A stretch of 62,716 nt of DNA from a virus (taxonomy: Duplodnaviria > Caudoviricetes), in the IMG/VR virus record IMGVR_UViG_3300044613_003165, positions 1 through 62,716 of that record; one strand, given 5' to 3'. The notes beneath the pieces are model-generated. The model had not been told where the DNA came from and made no database searches. It saw only the letters and a program-made list of their open reading frames with translations. This document shows positions 31,401-39,683 of the stretch, in pieces. How positions within the stretch are numbered: the first letter of the stretch is position 1; the number at the start of each line of letters is the position of its first letter. Position numbers and translations under genes: made by a program.

Positions 31401-31892
31401 ATTTACTTCTGTGTCGCTAATAGCTCCTGCTACGATTTGAACATCGCCAGTATTTGATACGGTAACATCTCCAGAAGCAGTTACGGCAGTAGCTACGTTA
31501 GAAACGTTACCTACTAAAATTTGACCGCTATTTAAAGTAGTACCAATTTTAGCATCTAATTGAGTTTGAATGTTTGATGTAACGCCGTCTAATCTTTGAA
31601 ATTCTGCATTACTTACTGTACCATCTGCAATCTTAGCTGCATCAATAGCCGCTCCAGCTTTAATGTCAGCGTTTTCAATATTAGTGATTGTATTAGAATC
31701 AGCGTCGATTGTTTTATTAGTTAGAGTAGCGGCTCGATCTTCTGTAACTACTGATCGAGTAGCTGAATCATCTCGTACTTTTAACTTGTTATCTGCGCTA
31801 TCATAAGCTACCTCGCCAGCCTCATCTAATGTAGGCGCATTAAGCGGAGTAACAACTAATTTACCTTTTTTAATTCGGAATTCATTTGACAT
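28461..31892 (-). CDS. Long fibre protein 1 with C-terminal tandem C1q/TNF-like domains
   Basis: N-terminus shared with 24454-26502; three F..PV.G.Y...AGD repeats at the C-terminus. Confidence 0.75.
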   Translation of the reverse strand: MSNEFRIKKGKLVVTPLNAPTLDEAGEVAYDSADNKLKVRDDSATRSVVTEDRAATLTNKTIDADSNTITNIENADIKAGAAIDAAKIADGTVSNAEFQRLDGVTSNIQTQLDAKIGTTLNSGQILVGNVSNVATAVTASGDVTVSNTGDVQIVAGAISDTEVNASAAIARTKLASGTADHVIINNGSGVLSSEAQLATTRGGTGVSSSATFPASGTVAVVPGAGVVKSNGTVLSSSNIDLATEVTGILPVANGGTGSSTQNFVDLTTAQTVDGIKTLNDSIALPDTNDASTGNVDALTITDRAAIRLTGAVTNLRGIAAGVNGQLLLVRNVSGADISVLNDNATPTAANRILTGTNGTLTLTNNASIWLKYDSTSQRWCVVGGSGSEGGSSSVVTLTAAENIAIRDLVAVDDSGGAIRSLININAAKTIIGFAKAAATSGNPVNVQTSGVITGFSGLTPGALVYADPNIQGAYVQPPANVSLFLDLYQLIPVGLAISATDIQIFQASSLYKNTVLTNVEQNYGALLSQEYTPGFFGAANYWAAYADSGATPTDGTGGSPAVGMTITKVSEFATSPAFVLNKPASNVQGQGWSGVFRIGADERTRVIDLSFDFLTSANYANNDVTVWIYDLTNNQLIQPSTFQLSRSASATQQSSFFRGQFQANATGTLYRLIFHVATTSASSYTIKVRNLKVRRQSQNPTPQLTVGATVKRATTGQTITSTLSKVQMNAIVSDNNGNYDLTNFRFVVPVAGRYRFGGVLNFANAAGLTNTEVRLRKNGVADIRTSNALASATAGSANAFVFEDNAVAGDFYELWSAANTTVTLFSDATVFGGSNWDVSMITASGFAVAEQARVVGAKYSKAGVQNINSSTITAIDFETRVYDTHSAVTTGAGWIFTAPVSGLYEVFAQLLYGAANWGAGTAAELLVFINGADTERIGRVQVSATGVLDLSVSGQSTYRLNAGDTISVRAFHSRGAVTPTSTSALYNYCTVKRIAGPEAIGAGEVVSVNAVKTSGAHTATGNWQIVTSWTKQSDTHNAFDASSGVFTVPVSGVYMVSGTVGYVTNNTGTRGAEIRKNSGSIIEYEAIIAANPLGIFDAATPFCKSIRCNAGDNLDIRGFQNTGGNLNHSINSGYTTLSIVKVG

Positions 31893-31934
31893 TAAAGCAC
31901 TTCCCTTTCCATGCTTAAGTGGTTGATTTAATAA

Positions 31935-31961
31935 TATTTGTTAATAATAGGATAACAAATA
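31935..31961. promoter_or_regulatory. Back-to-back divergent late-promoter motifs
   Basis: TATTTGTTA at 31935-31943 and TAACAAATA at 31953-31961 between divergent genes. Confidence 0.7.
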
Positions 31962-31968
31962 AAGGTAT

Positions 31969-32370
31969 ATGGAACATACATGGAAAAAAGGTGAATTAAA
32001 ACAACTAACTAAAAATTTTACTACCAAGGAATTTGAGTGTAAGTGTAAATTAGCAAGTTGTGTAAATCAAAAAATTAGTAAGGAATTGGTTGATAAGATT
32101 CAAAAGGCTAGAGAAGAGTTTGGTAGTTCTTTAATAATTACAAGTGGTTATCGTTGTTTAGAGCATAATACTGCTATCGGTAGCCGTCCTACTAGTCAAC
32201 ACGTTTTAGGTCGAGGTGCTGATTTAACCTGTAAAGACAATGATAAGTTATTTGAAATATTAGAAAAATACTTTTTAGCTATTGGCGATGCTAGGATTAG
32301 TATAGGTAACAGGTCTAACTTTATCCACGTAGATACTCGTTCTGATAAAAAAAGACGTTGGTTATACTAA
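31969..32370 (+). CDS. Peptidase M15 family endolysin (Zn D-Ala-D-Ala peptidase fold)
   Basis: NF...EFECKC, SGYRC..HN, SQH..GRGAD, FIHVDTR. Confidence 0.9.
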   Translation: MEHTWKKGELKQLTKNFTTKEFECKCKLASCVNQKISKELVDKIQKAREEFGSSLIITSGYRCLEHNTAIGSRPTSQHVLGRGADLTCKDNDKLFEILEKYFLAIGDARISIGNRSNFIHVDTRSDKKRRWLY

Positions 32371-32401
32371 ATAACAAATATTTTTAAGGAGTCGCTGTAA
32401 A

Positions 32402-32563
32402 ATGCCTGCTAAAAGTAAAGCTCAGTTTAGGTTTATGAAGGCCGTAGAGTCTGGCTCTTTAAAAGTTCCTGGTTTATCAAAAAAAGAAGCTAAAGAATTT
32501 ACTGAAGAAAATACCGGAAAACGTAAATTTAGTAAATTAAAAGAATACGTAAGGAAAAAATAA
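32402..32563 (+). CDS. 53-aa basic protein (MPAKSKAQ-type; not in ORF track)
   Basis: Late motif at 32372, SD AAGGAG, TAATG overlap with next gene. Confidence 0.7.
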   Translation: MPAKSKAQFRFMKAVESGSLKVPGLSKKEAKEFTEENTGKRKFSKLKEYVRKK

Positions 32564-33030
32564 TGGCTATTCCAGTAGTAGTAAAAGGTTTAACTTTTTT
32601 AATTCCCGAAACTAGTGAACGTCGTTGGGGTGATGAAACAACCAACTATTTAGTTACTTTAGGTACTGCGGTTAACGATATTACCTCAGTGGGTGATATT
32701 CCTTTGCTTTCTATTCCTATTAACAATAACCAAACTACCCTTATTAACGTAGATAACCTAAGCTTTGAAACTACTCAGGTTCGTCATGCTATTATTGAAT
32801 ATAGCGTCTATAGGGTCACTAGTAGCGAAGAAGTCAGTCAATGTGGTAATTTACTCATTACTTACAAAAACAACGCAGCTACGTGGGAATTAATTGATAA
32901 TACGGTGGGTGATGCTGGGGTATCCTTTACCATTACTACCGCTGGTCAAGTTCAGTATACTAGCACCAACATGGCCGGTACTGGCTACCAAAGCAAGATG
33001 TCCTTTAGGGCTCGAGCTTTTCCTATTTAA
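32563..33030 (+). CDS. Virion structural protein (C-terminal domain paralogous to end of 24454-26502)
   Basis: P.....WG...T..L N-terminus; GVSFTITTAGQVQYTS shared with fibre 2. Confidence 0.6.
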   Translation: MAIPVVVKGLTFLIPETSERRWGDETTNYLVTLGTAVNDITSVGDIPLLSIPINNNQTTLINVDNLSFETTQVRHAIIEYSVYRVTSSEEVSQCGNLLITYKNNAATWELIDNTVGDAGVSFTITTAGQVQYTSTNMAGTGYQSKMSFRARAFPI

Positions 33031-33039
33031 TAATATTTA

Positions 33040-33132
33040 AAATTGCCCCCGGCATAATGTTTCAGCCATTATACCGAGGGACTTTGTTATCCTGTTTTGT
33101 AAAACGCTTTGGATAACTGTGAGAAAAACTAC
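33040..33132 (-). ncRNA. Candidate small RNA (two hairpins)
   Basis: Promoters at 33139-33167 and 33178-33186 point into an ORF-free gap; 7-bp stem 33086-33117 and 14-bp stem 33046-33080 with G-U pairs on minus strand. Confidence 0.4.
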
Positions 33133-33231
33133 TATATTAATTTATACTTAAAATATAATTAAGTCAAGCTATTTTATTATTTGTTAGGCAAAACAAGGGC
33201 ACTGTGTAGAAAAAATTTGAAAAATGATAAT

Positions 33232-33267
33232 AAAAAACCCCCCTGATTTCCGAAGAAACCAGAGGGG
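33232..33267 (-). terminator. Rho-independent terminator of the capsid gene
   Basis: CCCCTCTGGTTTC-TTCG-GAAATCAGGGGGG-TTTTTT with a C(UUCG)G loop. Confidence 0.9.
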
Positions 33268-33294
33268 TAGTTCGAGCTGTAAAAGCTAATTAAA

Positions 33295-36200
33295 TTAGCT
33301 GTTTACGATGTTCTCGATGAGGACAAGGCGGGCAGGAGCATGACAGAAAAGTGCCATGTCTGCGTACGCTCGTAATTCGACTCCGGCGTTGTTCTCAAGA
33401 TCACGGAAGAACTCTTCGCTCTCGCCAGGACGCTTGAATGTAACTTCGCTTGAACCAACACGCATTAGAACGTCTTCAGGCATGATAAATGCAAGAGACT
33501 CTTTAACGTATGGGTTTGGAACTACTTTGATAAGACCATTCTGTCCGTAGAACTCGATAGCCTTAGCACCTGACTTAGCAAGGTCGGGCTTGTAGCTTGA
33601 GTCATACATACGTAGAGCGTCTTGAGCCTGTAATAGGTTTTCCCAGGTTACAGGGTTAACATGACACTCAACGTCTTCTTCAAGACCTTTAGCAACAGCA
33701 AGAGCTAATGCCTTGTTGATCTTGGATTGTGTAAGAGCAGCAGAACCTGCTGAAAATACAGTTGACTTCCAAAGATCATAGGTAGCAGCGTTGATGTTGA
33801 AAAGTGTACCAGCGTTACGCATGATAGCTTCTAGACCGTGGAATTCAAGAGCGCCTTGTTGGGTGAGTTCACCTGAATAAGCGTGCTTGAGTTGGTCAGT
33901 AGCTACAATAGCAGCTAGTGTTGGTGCAGCAGCGCTGACTGTAATTTGTCGAGCAACTAGATCAACAGCGGTAACTTTTAGTAAAGTAGCAGGACGAGTA
34001 GCGCCACGGATGGCTGTGCCTGCTGCGTCATATGCTTCAAGTTCCATTCCTACTCCACCGGCCCATACTGCGGGTGCCCATGAAGCGGCTGTTACTGTAA
34101 TAACAGATCCAGCTACGCCTGAAACAACACCGATGTTACGCTTGCCGTAAAGCATGATGGTTTCAAGACGCTTAGAGAAAGACTGAACCATGTTAGCAAC
34201 AACTAACTTGGTAGCTCGCTCGAAAGCACCTTTGTCGTTCATAGAACGCATGATTGTACCAGCGCCGATAGCTGTACGAAGTACGAACTCGTAGCTGATT
34301 ACTTTAGCGTCTTTTACTTGACCTGGATTTGGATCTTGAAGATCGAAAGCAGATCCATCAGTACCACCGTATGAGACATTTGTTACCGTAAGGGCTTTTT
34401 ATCCCCTACTTCTTATAGTTTCCTATAAGGTCAGCATATCTTTTCACCCTTTTTTTTTAAAGGGGATGAGGACTCTTGGACCCATTATATTCCATTAATT
34501 TCTTAATGGTTTCAGGATCTATGCGTTGCTCGTGTATTGCTTCTTTAGTTGCAATACTTCCGATCTGATTAGCGTAGTCATTTGCGTATAAAAAAGTGTA
34601 ACCTTTACAAATTTTTCTATTGTGTCGTCTTCTACAAATACTAACAACGTTAGATTTATGAAAACCTTTATCTACTAACTGAAACGCTCTTTCAAAAAAT
34701 GAAACGTCTCCTGTTTTTAGATTTATAGCAACAATAGAGTCTTTACTAAAATGTTTTGATATAGATTCTCTAGTTTCTAAAGAATGATTATTTCCTTTAT
34801 TACCTTTAAATCTACCTTCTTTAATAGCTTTCCTAACTGCTAAGGATATTCTTTTTTTAGCTCTTTCGGTATGGGAAACATTTCCTTTACCGCCGTCTTT
34901 TAAATTATATCCATTAGGATAAAGAGTATTATGCGTTTTTACTAATTCAGCTTCCGCTTTATTTAAACTATCTTCGTCAAAAGCGATAAATAGTTCTTCT
35001 AGTAAAAAAGCATCTCTACCTTTTTTTCTTAGGGCTAGGTCTATATACATTTTAGAGCTTGTTTTCCAGTAATGGTCATTAAAACGTTCGGTAGATGTTC
35101 TAGTTGTTTTACCAACATAAGAAAATCCTGTTTTCTTTTCTATAATTTTATATATAACACCGAATCGTTTCATACTTTTAATATATCACAAAAACTCTTA
35201 GCTTTCCAGTTTTTTTCCTCATTATTTTCCTAGTCAATTACTCGACTAGTGGGCTCTCAATTTAACCCGTGTTCTGATGCTACGATGACTGGTTGATGAT
35301 ACTCTGCTCCAAGCTGCTTATCGCGTGGAACGAAAGGAATCATCTTTAAAAGTTTGACGTGATCTGGGATTAAATTCTCAACAGAATCTCCATAAATTTC
35401 TTTGCTAGTAAATAGTTGATTTTACAACTATCTCTTGACTATATCATCAGCTTTAATAGCTGCCTGGGGCTGTAAACAACGTGATTGATAAATTTGCTCA
35501 ATATATCTAAACTTATGTTGCATACTTTTAAAATTTAAAATAAATTCTCTAAGTATTTTCCATAGTTTTAAAGAGTCTTTTTGATTAAATTTAAGAAAAG
35601 GATAGCTTTTACCCTGTTTCTTATTTTTTGCGTAAAGTATTCTAGGCTCTACATCAAAAATATCCTTAAACCATTTAATTAGAATATTTTGAGTCTCTAC
35701 TGTTTGATCGCAAGTAAATATTCTAAGTATTGCTCCGTATAACGCATTTGGGTATCTTTTATCTTGACTTGGTTCTACGTAACCGTCATCCATTAACCAT
35801 ATTGCTAGGGCTAATTCTGGCTGACGTATAAACTTAATTACCTTAGCTAGATCTTTTTTTCTATTAGGGTAAGTAAACTTATACCAAGCTCTAAAACGTT
35901 TCATAGATACTGATATTTGAACTGACTTACCTTTATGGCCTGTTCTCAGTTTAATATCTTTACCTAAACACGTAGATAATAGACTTGCTTTCCAGCTTAA
36001 GTAATCTGATTGGGTTATTCCGTGGTCTAGGTTAAGACTGGCATAACCTCTTTTATCTACATGCAAATTACCATCACCTAAAAGCATCATTAACGCTATA
36101 CTGCGTTTATCTTTATTAAGCATTTTATCTCCTACAGGCTAAAGCCTTCTGGATAATCTGTTATTTTAGTCGATACACCTTTAAGTATTTCTACTTACTC

Positions 36201-36351
36201 GGCTAGGTATTGGGTTTTATCCGTCCACCTAATTCTCCAGGTTACGCGGGGTTTACCGCGTCGGGGGTTTCACCCGACCTCTCCAAAGTGGTTACTCCAA
36301 GAGACCGTTGAGTGTGCTAATTTTATTAGCATTTGCGGCTGAAATTGCCAT
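33295..36351 (-). CDS. Major capsid protein, spliced: exons 36351-36299, 35404-35265, 34376-33295 (1275 nt, 424 aa)
   Basis: Position after portal and scaffold; joined exons read MAISAANANKISTLNGLF|KEIYGD...EHGF|SYGG... in frame; SD AAGGAG, late motif and strong terminator. Confidence 0.85.
34377..35264 (-). mobile_element. Group I intron 2 (888 nt) in the capsid gene
   Basis: Exon ends in U, intron ends in G; P1 GGGU/GCCC with U-G; P10 UGAGA/UCUCA; P3 UGAGGA/UCCUCA; P7 GCAUA/UAUGC. Confidence 0.85.
34457..35173 (-). CDS. GIY-YIG homing endonuclease (intron-encoded, NUMOD-type C-terminus)
   Basis: GVIYKI...SYVGKT...RFNDH, E, PNGYN; HS.ETR repeats. Confidence 0.9.
   Translation of the reverse strand: MKRFGVIYKIIEKKTGFSYVGKTTRTSTERFNDHYWKTSSKMYIDLALRKKGRDAFLLEELFIAFDEDSLNKAEAELVKTHNTLYPNGYNLKDGGKGNVSHTERAKKRISLAVRKAIKEGRFKGNKGNNHSLETRESISKHFSKDSIVAINLKTGDVSFFERAFQLVDKGFHKSNVVSICRRRHNRKICKGYTFLYANDYANQIGSIATKEAIHEQRIDPETIKKLMEYNGSKSPHPL
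35405..36298 (-). mobile_element. Group I intron 1 (894 nt) in the capsid gene
   Basis: Exon ends in U, intron ends in G; IGS CUUUG-GAGAGG pairs with both exons; P3 CCUGG/CCAGG; R UAUCGACUA and S GAUAUAGUC; P9 hairpin. Confidence 0.88.
35428..36123 (-). CDS. Two-motif LAGLIDADG homing endonuclease (I-SceI-like, intron-encoded)
   Basis: MMLLGDGNL and LAIWLMDDG motifs. Confidence 0.9.
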   Translation of the reverse strand: MLNKDKRSIALMMLLGDGNLHVDKRGYASLNLDHGITQSDYLSWKASLLSTCLGKDIKLRTGHKGKSVQISVSMKRFRAWYKFTYPNRKKDLAKVIKFIRQPELALAIWLMDDGYVEPSQDKRYPNALYGAILRIFTCDQTVETQNILIKWFKDIFDVEPRILYAKNKKQGKSYPFLKFNQKDSLKLWKILREFILNFKSMQHKFRYIEQIYQSRCLQPQAAIKADDIVKR

Positions 36352-36494
36352 TTTATTCACTCCTTGGTTATTGTTTTTTTTTGTTGTTTTTTGAATAAAT
36401 CTAAGCTTTATGTTCTAGATTAGGATGTTTTAGTCCGAATGGTACTAAAAGTCTGTCTAGTTAAAACTCAACTATTCAAATTTATTTGTTAATT

Positions 36495-37526
36495 TTACCT
36501 TTTATAAAAATCCTTAATAAAGCTATTAACGTTAACTTTTGATTTTTGTTGGGTTTTTGGTTGTTCTTTTGCTACTTCTTGTGTTTTTGTATTAGGTACA
36601 GCGCTCTTAATCTTTTTAAGGCTGTGCTTCCTAATACGAGTAATAATCTCATCTCCAAGAATTTCTTCTAGTTGTTCATCAGATAGCTGTTTAATAAAGC
36701 TAGTCGTATCGCCTTTTAGTTCTTCTTTGACTAGTTCAGCGGCTCCCATTGGAGTTATTTTTAAATTGTTATCGTGTGCCATAAGAAGAATGTCAGTCAT
36801 TCGATTTAATACTACAGGATCACGACGAAGACCTGTTTTTTCTAAAGCCTCTGTTACTTTAGTTTGTAACTCTTCTTCAAACTTAGATGCTTCAGCGTCG
36901 TATTCTTGTTGTTTACGTTCTTCTTCTTCACGTTTCTTTTCTTCGCGTAAACGCTCTAGTTCTGACTTAGCTTCCATAAGCTCCTTTTGTTCAGGAGACA
37001 TAGCCTCTTCTTCTAGCTTTTTAGATAGAACTTCTTGTGAAAGCTTAATTAAATCAATACCTAAATCAGGATCGCGTAATACTGAAACAGGATCATTTTT
37101 TAATGCGTTAAGAAACCCATCTACTTGTTTTTTATATTGGGAATATTCTTGCATTCGTTTTTGACCAACTTTACCTAATTGAGCAAATCGAACTACGTCT
37201 TCCTTAGTCATTTGAACTTCTTCGCCGTCGATCTTAAGCGTAAATAGTTCTCCCTTAGAACCTTCTACTTCTTCGGCACCGATTTTGTCGGCAGCTTTTT
37301 TACTATCTTTTTTACTAACTTCTTTTTCTTGAGGTTTAGCTGCTTTTTGTTCTTGTTCTGATACTAGCTTTTCTTCTAAAGCAATATCTTCAGCGCTTAA
37401 ACTTTCAATAGCAGGAGCTTCTTGTTTAGCAGAAGTTTCTGTTGGTTTAGCTGCGCTTTCTTGAGTTGGAGCAGAAGAAGCTGCTGGTTGTGCTGCTGGT
37501 GCAGCGGATTGTGTTGACTCTGACAT
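36495..37526 (-). CDS. Capsid scaffolding protein
   Basis: Between portal and capsid; acidic coiled coil, LKIDGEE motif; start MSESTQ after SD AAGGAG. Confidence 0.75.
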   Translation of the reverse strand: MSESTQSAAPAAQPAASSAPTQESAAKPTETSAKQEAPAIESLSAEDIALEEKLVSEQEQKAAKPQEKEVSKKDSKKAADKIGAEEVEGSKGELFTLKIDGEEVQMTKEDVVRFAQLGKVGQKRMQEYSQYKKQVDGFLNALKNDPVSVLRDPDLGIDLIKLSQEVLSKKLEEEAMSPEQKELMEAKSELERLREEKKREEEERKQQEYDAEASKFEEELQTKVTEALEKTGLRRDPVVLNRMTDILLMAHDNNLKITPMGAAELVKEELKGDTTSFIKQLSDEQLEEILGDEIITRIRKHSLKKIKSAVPNTKTQEVAKEQPKTQQKSKVNVNSFIKDFYKR

Positions 37527-37596
37527 TTTGTCTCCTTTACCTTCCTTTAGGATACGCACCATGCGGTCCTTTTAGGTTAGGTTAAAATTAACTTAG

Positions 37597-39657
37597 TTAT
37601 ACCTGAGTGGGCGGTAAGCCTCCTGGGGGAACGTCTGCTGGGTTAGTGGGTAGATCTTGGAACGGAGGAGGCGGAGTAGGCATATTTGGTTGCCTTACTT
37701 GATTTGCTTGTTCTACCCCTACTGGTAAGGGTTGTTGTACGTTTTCTGCTAGGTTTTGTGCAAAATTAGCTTCATCCCTGTTTAAAGTGGGGTTTTCTTC
37801 GGGAGCACCTGGAGGCGGTCCTTGTTGTTGATCTGGACTTAGTGGTTGTTGTTTTAAGATCATTAGTAATTCAGGATTAATTGTTTTTAATAAATCAATG
37901 TGTTCTTGAATGTGATTTAATACAATTCCAGCTAATTCATCGTTCATTCGTAGATCAGGATCGTTAAGAATAGAAGCATGGGCTTCAATGTGCTTAACGT
38001 GTTGGTCTGTTGGCAAGGCTTTTACTTCTTGCATATCAGCTAACCGTTCGTTTTCTGCTCGAATTAGGAATAGTTGATTTTGAGCAGCATCGGTCATTGT
38101 TTCAATAGAACCAGTATTTAAAACCGTAAAGTAATCGTCTACGTTTTGAATAAGCCCCATTTGAATTAGGTTATTAGCGATTTCTAATCGACCTGCTGTG
38201 GTTTTACTAAGAGGATTTGCTACAGTAACTTTTACACGATTAATGCTTAAAAGATCTTCGCCTTTAAATTGTTTAACATAAGACTTATTTGACTTACCTA
38301 CAATAGACGCTACTCGTGGTGTAGTAGCAAAATCTTGTAGTAGTTTAATAATAGCGGTTCCTACGTCTTCCATTAGTCGAACATAGGATTGTTGTAATCC
38401 ACTAGCAAATTGTACAGCTTGTGCTTGAACTAGAGCAAGTGCCGCTCCTGACTTAAGACTTGCTTCTGGATTACCTCGAACTACCGAGTTAATACCAGAA
38501 AGAGTTTCCATTTGACTTTCAATAGTTCTAATAAAATTAAAGATTTCAGGAGGAGTTTGGGTTAAATTTAGAGCCTGGGGTTTGTCCATACCCTGTTCGT
38601 ATTCAATAACATTTAATCCGCCAGAAAGCTCATTGGTGTTTAAATTAGCTCCTTTGGGAATTAGAATATTTTGAACACCAAATGCGTTTTGGTTAGTGGC
38701 TACAGTGCTATAAAGAGCGTTTACTGTCTCTTGTAGAGGAATAACATCAAACATCGGAGTATAACCAAGCGGTGTTCCTAGAATGTCAGAAGGGGCCATT
38801 CTAAAAATAGGAATAAACCTATAAGGAAGTGGTCCATCGTAAGCGACTGCTTTAGGTGTAATAATAATCATATATCGACCGTCTGGTAGGGCATCTGAAC
38901 GACGGTGATAGAATTCATAAATCGGAATAAGATCGGTTTTGTCTTGCTTAAGACCGCCAAATAGGTTATTAACTTCTTGGTCGTCTTTAGACTCTACACC
39001 CATGATTTCTTCTTCAAAATCAGGATATTTAGCAATTAGTTCATAACGATTTCTAAATACACGAACAATTACCCAATCGTGGTCTTGGTCTTCGCGTGAA
39101 GTATCTCGTACAACATCAAGAGGCGATAGGTTACTAAACTTAATATCGCCTTCAAAGATTGTAGTTTGAGTTTCTTCATTAAATCCGTAGGGTTCTCCTC
39201 CGGTTGAATCCCATTCTACTTTTACATATCCTTCGCCTAATACGATGGCGTATTCTGCGGCACGCTTTAAATATTCTTCTAGACGTTTTTCTACAACGTA
39301 ATAATCTAAAAGACCATTAGCTAGTTTAGTTTGAACTAGAGATTTAAAATCGGTATTTGTGCTACGAGCTTCCATTGAAGGACGGTTAGCTGTAGTCATG
39401 TTAAGCAAGTGAACTGCAATATTTCTAAAGTGGTTAACGGCTAATTGGGCTAATTCGCCTTGTTCTCCGCCGAACGACAACTGATGACCACTTGATAAAT
39501 CTTGAAAATAAACGCCGTGATAACATCTCCAGCTATTCTTACATTTTTCAATATAATTAGATGTAGAAAGTGAAGTGTTCCACCCAATTGTTTTACCTAA
39601 AATAGCTCTTGCTGCTTCTTCGGTAGTTAGTTTAGCAAAGTATTCGTTTTTGTTCAT
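37597..39657 (-). CDS. Portal protein (P22-like)
   Basis: Follows terminase; VNHFRNI...NRP, LSGINSVVRG....KSGAALA, Pro/Gln-rich tail. Confidence 0.85.
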   Translation of the reverse strand: MNKNEYFAKLTTEEAARAILGKTIGWNTSLSTSNYIEKCKNSWRCYHGVYFQDLSSGHQLSFGGEQGELAQLAVNHFRNIAVHLLNMTTANRPSMEARSTNTDFKSLVQTKLANGLLDYYVVEKRLEEYLKRAAEYAIVLGEGYVKVEWDSTGGEPYGFNEETQTTIFEGDIKFSNLSPLDVVRDTSREDQDHDWVIVRVFRNRYELIAKYPDFEEEIMGVESKDDQEVNNLFGGLKQDKTDLIPIYEFYHRRSDALPDGRYMIIITPKAVAYDGPLPYRFIPIFRMAPSDILGTPLGYTPMFDVIPLQETVNALYSTVATNQNAFGVQNILIPKGANLNTNELSGGLNVIEYEQGMDKPQALNLTQTPPEIFNFIRTIESQMETLSGINSVVRGNPEASLKSGAALALVQAQAVQFASGLQQSYVRLMEDVGTAIIKLLQDFATTPRVASIVGKSNKSYVKQFKGEDLLSINRVKVTVANPLSKTTAGRLEIANNLIQMGLIQNVDDYFTVLNTGSIETMTDAAQNQLFLIRAENERLADMQEVKALPTDQHVKHIEAHASILNDPDLRMNDELAGIVLNHIQEHIDLLKTINPELLMILKQQPLSPDQQQGPPPGAPEENPTLNRDEANFAQNLAENVQQPLPVGVEQANQVRQPNMPTPPPPFQDLPTNPADVPPGGLPPTQV

Positions 39658-39683
39658 AAATTACCTACTTATTTATTTGTTAT

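Noticed and set aside
24454-31892. Diversity-generating retroelement (template/variable repeat)
   Set aside because: The duplicated segment is N-terminal, differences are mostly synonymous and not adenine-specific, and no reverse transcriptase is in the window.
33295-34251. 318-aa capsid ORF as listed in the ORF track
   Set aside because: The frame stays open upstream to 34376 and the true start is 36351 after splicing of two introns.
34377-34385. Additional late promoter TAACAAAT
   Set aside because: It reads TAACAAATG and forms the 3' end of intron 2, so it is probably coincidental.
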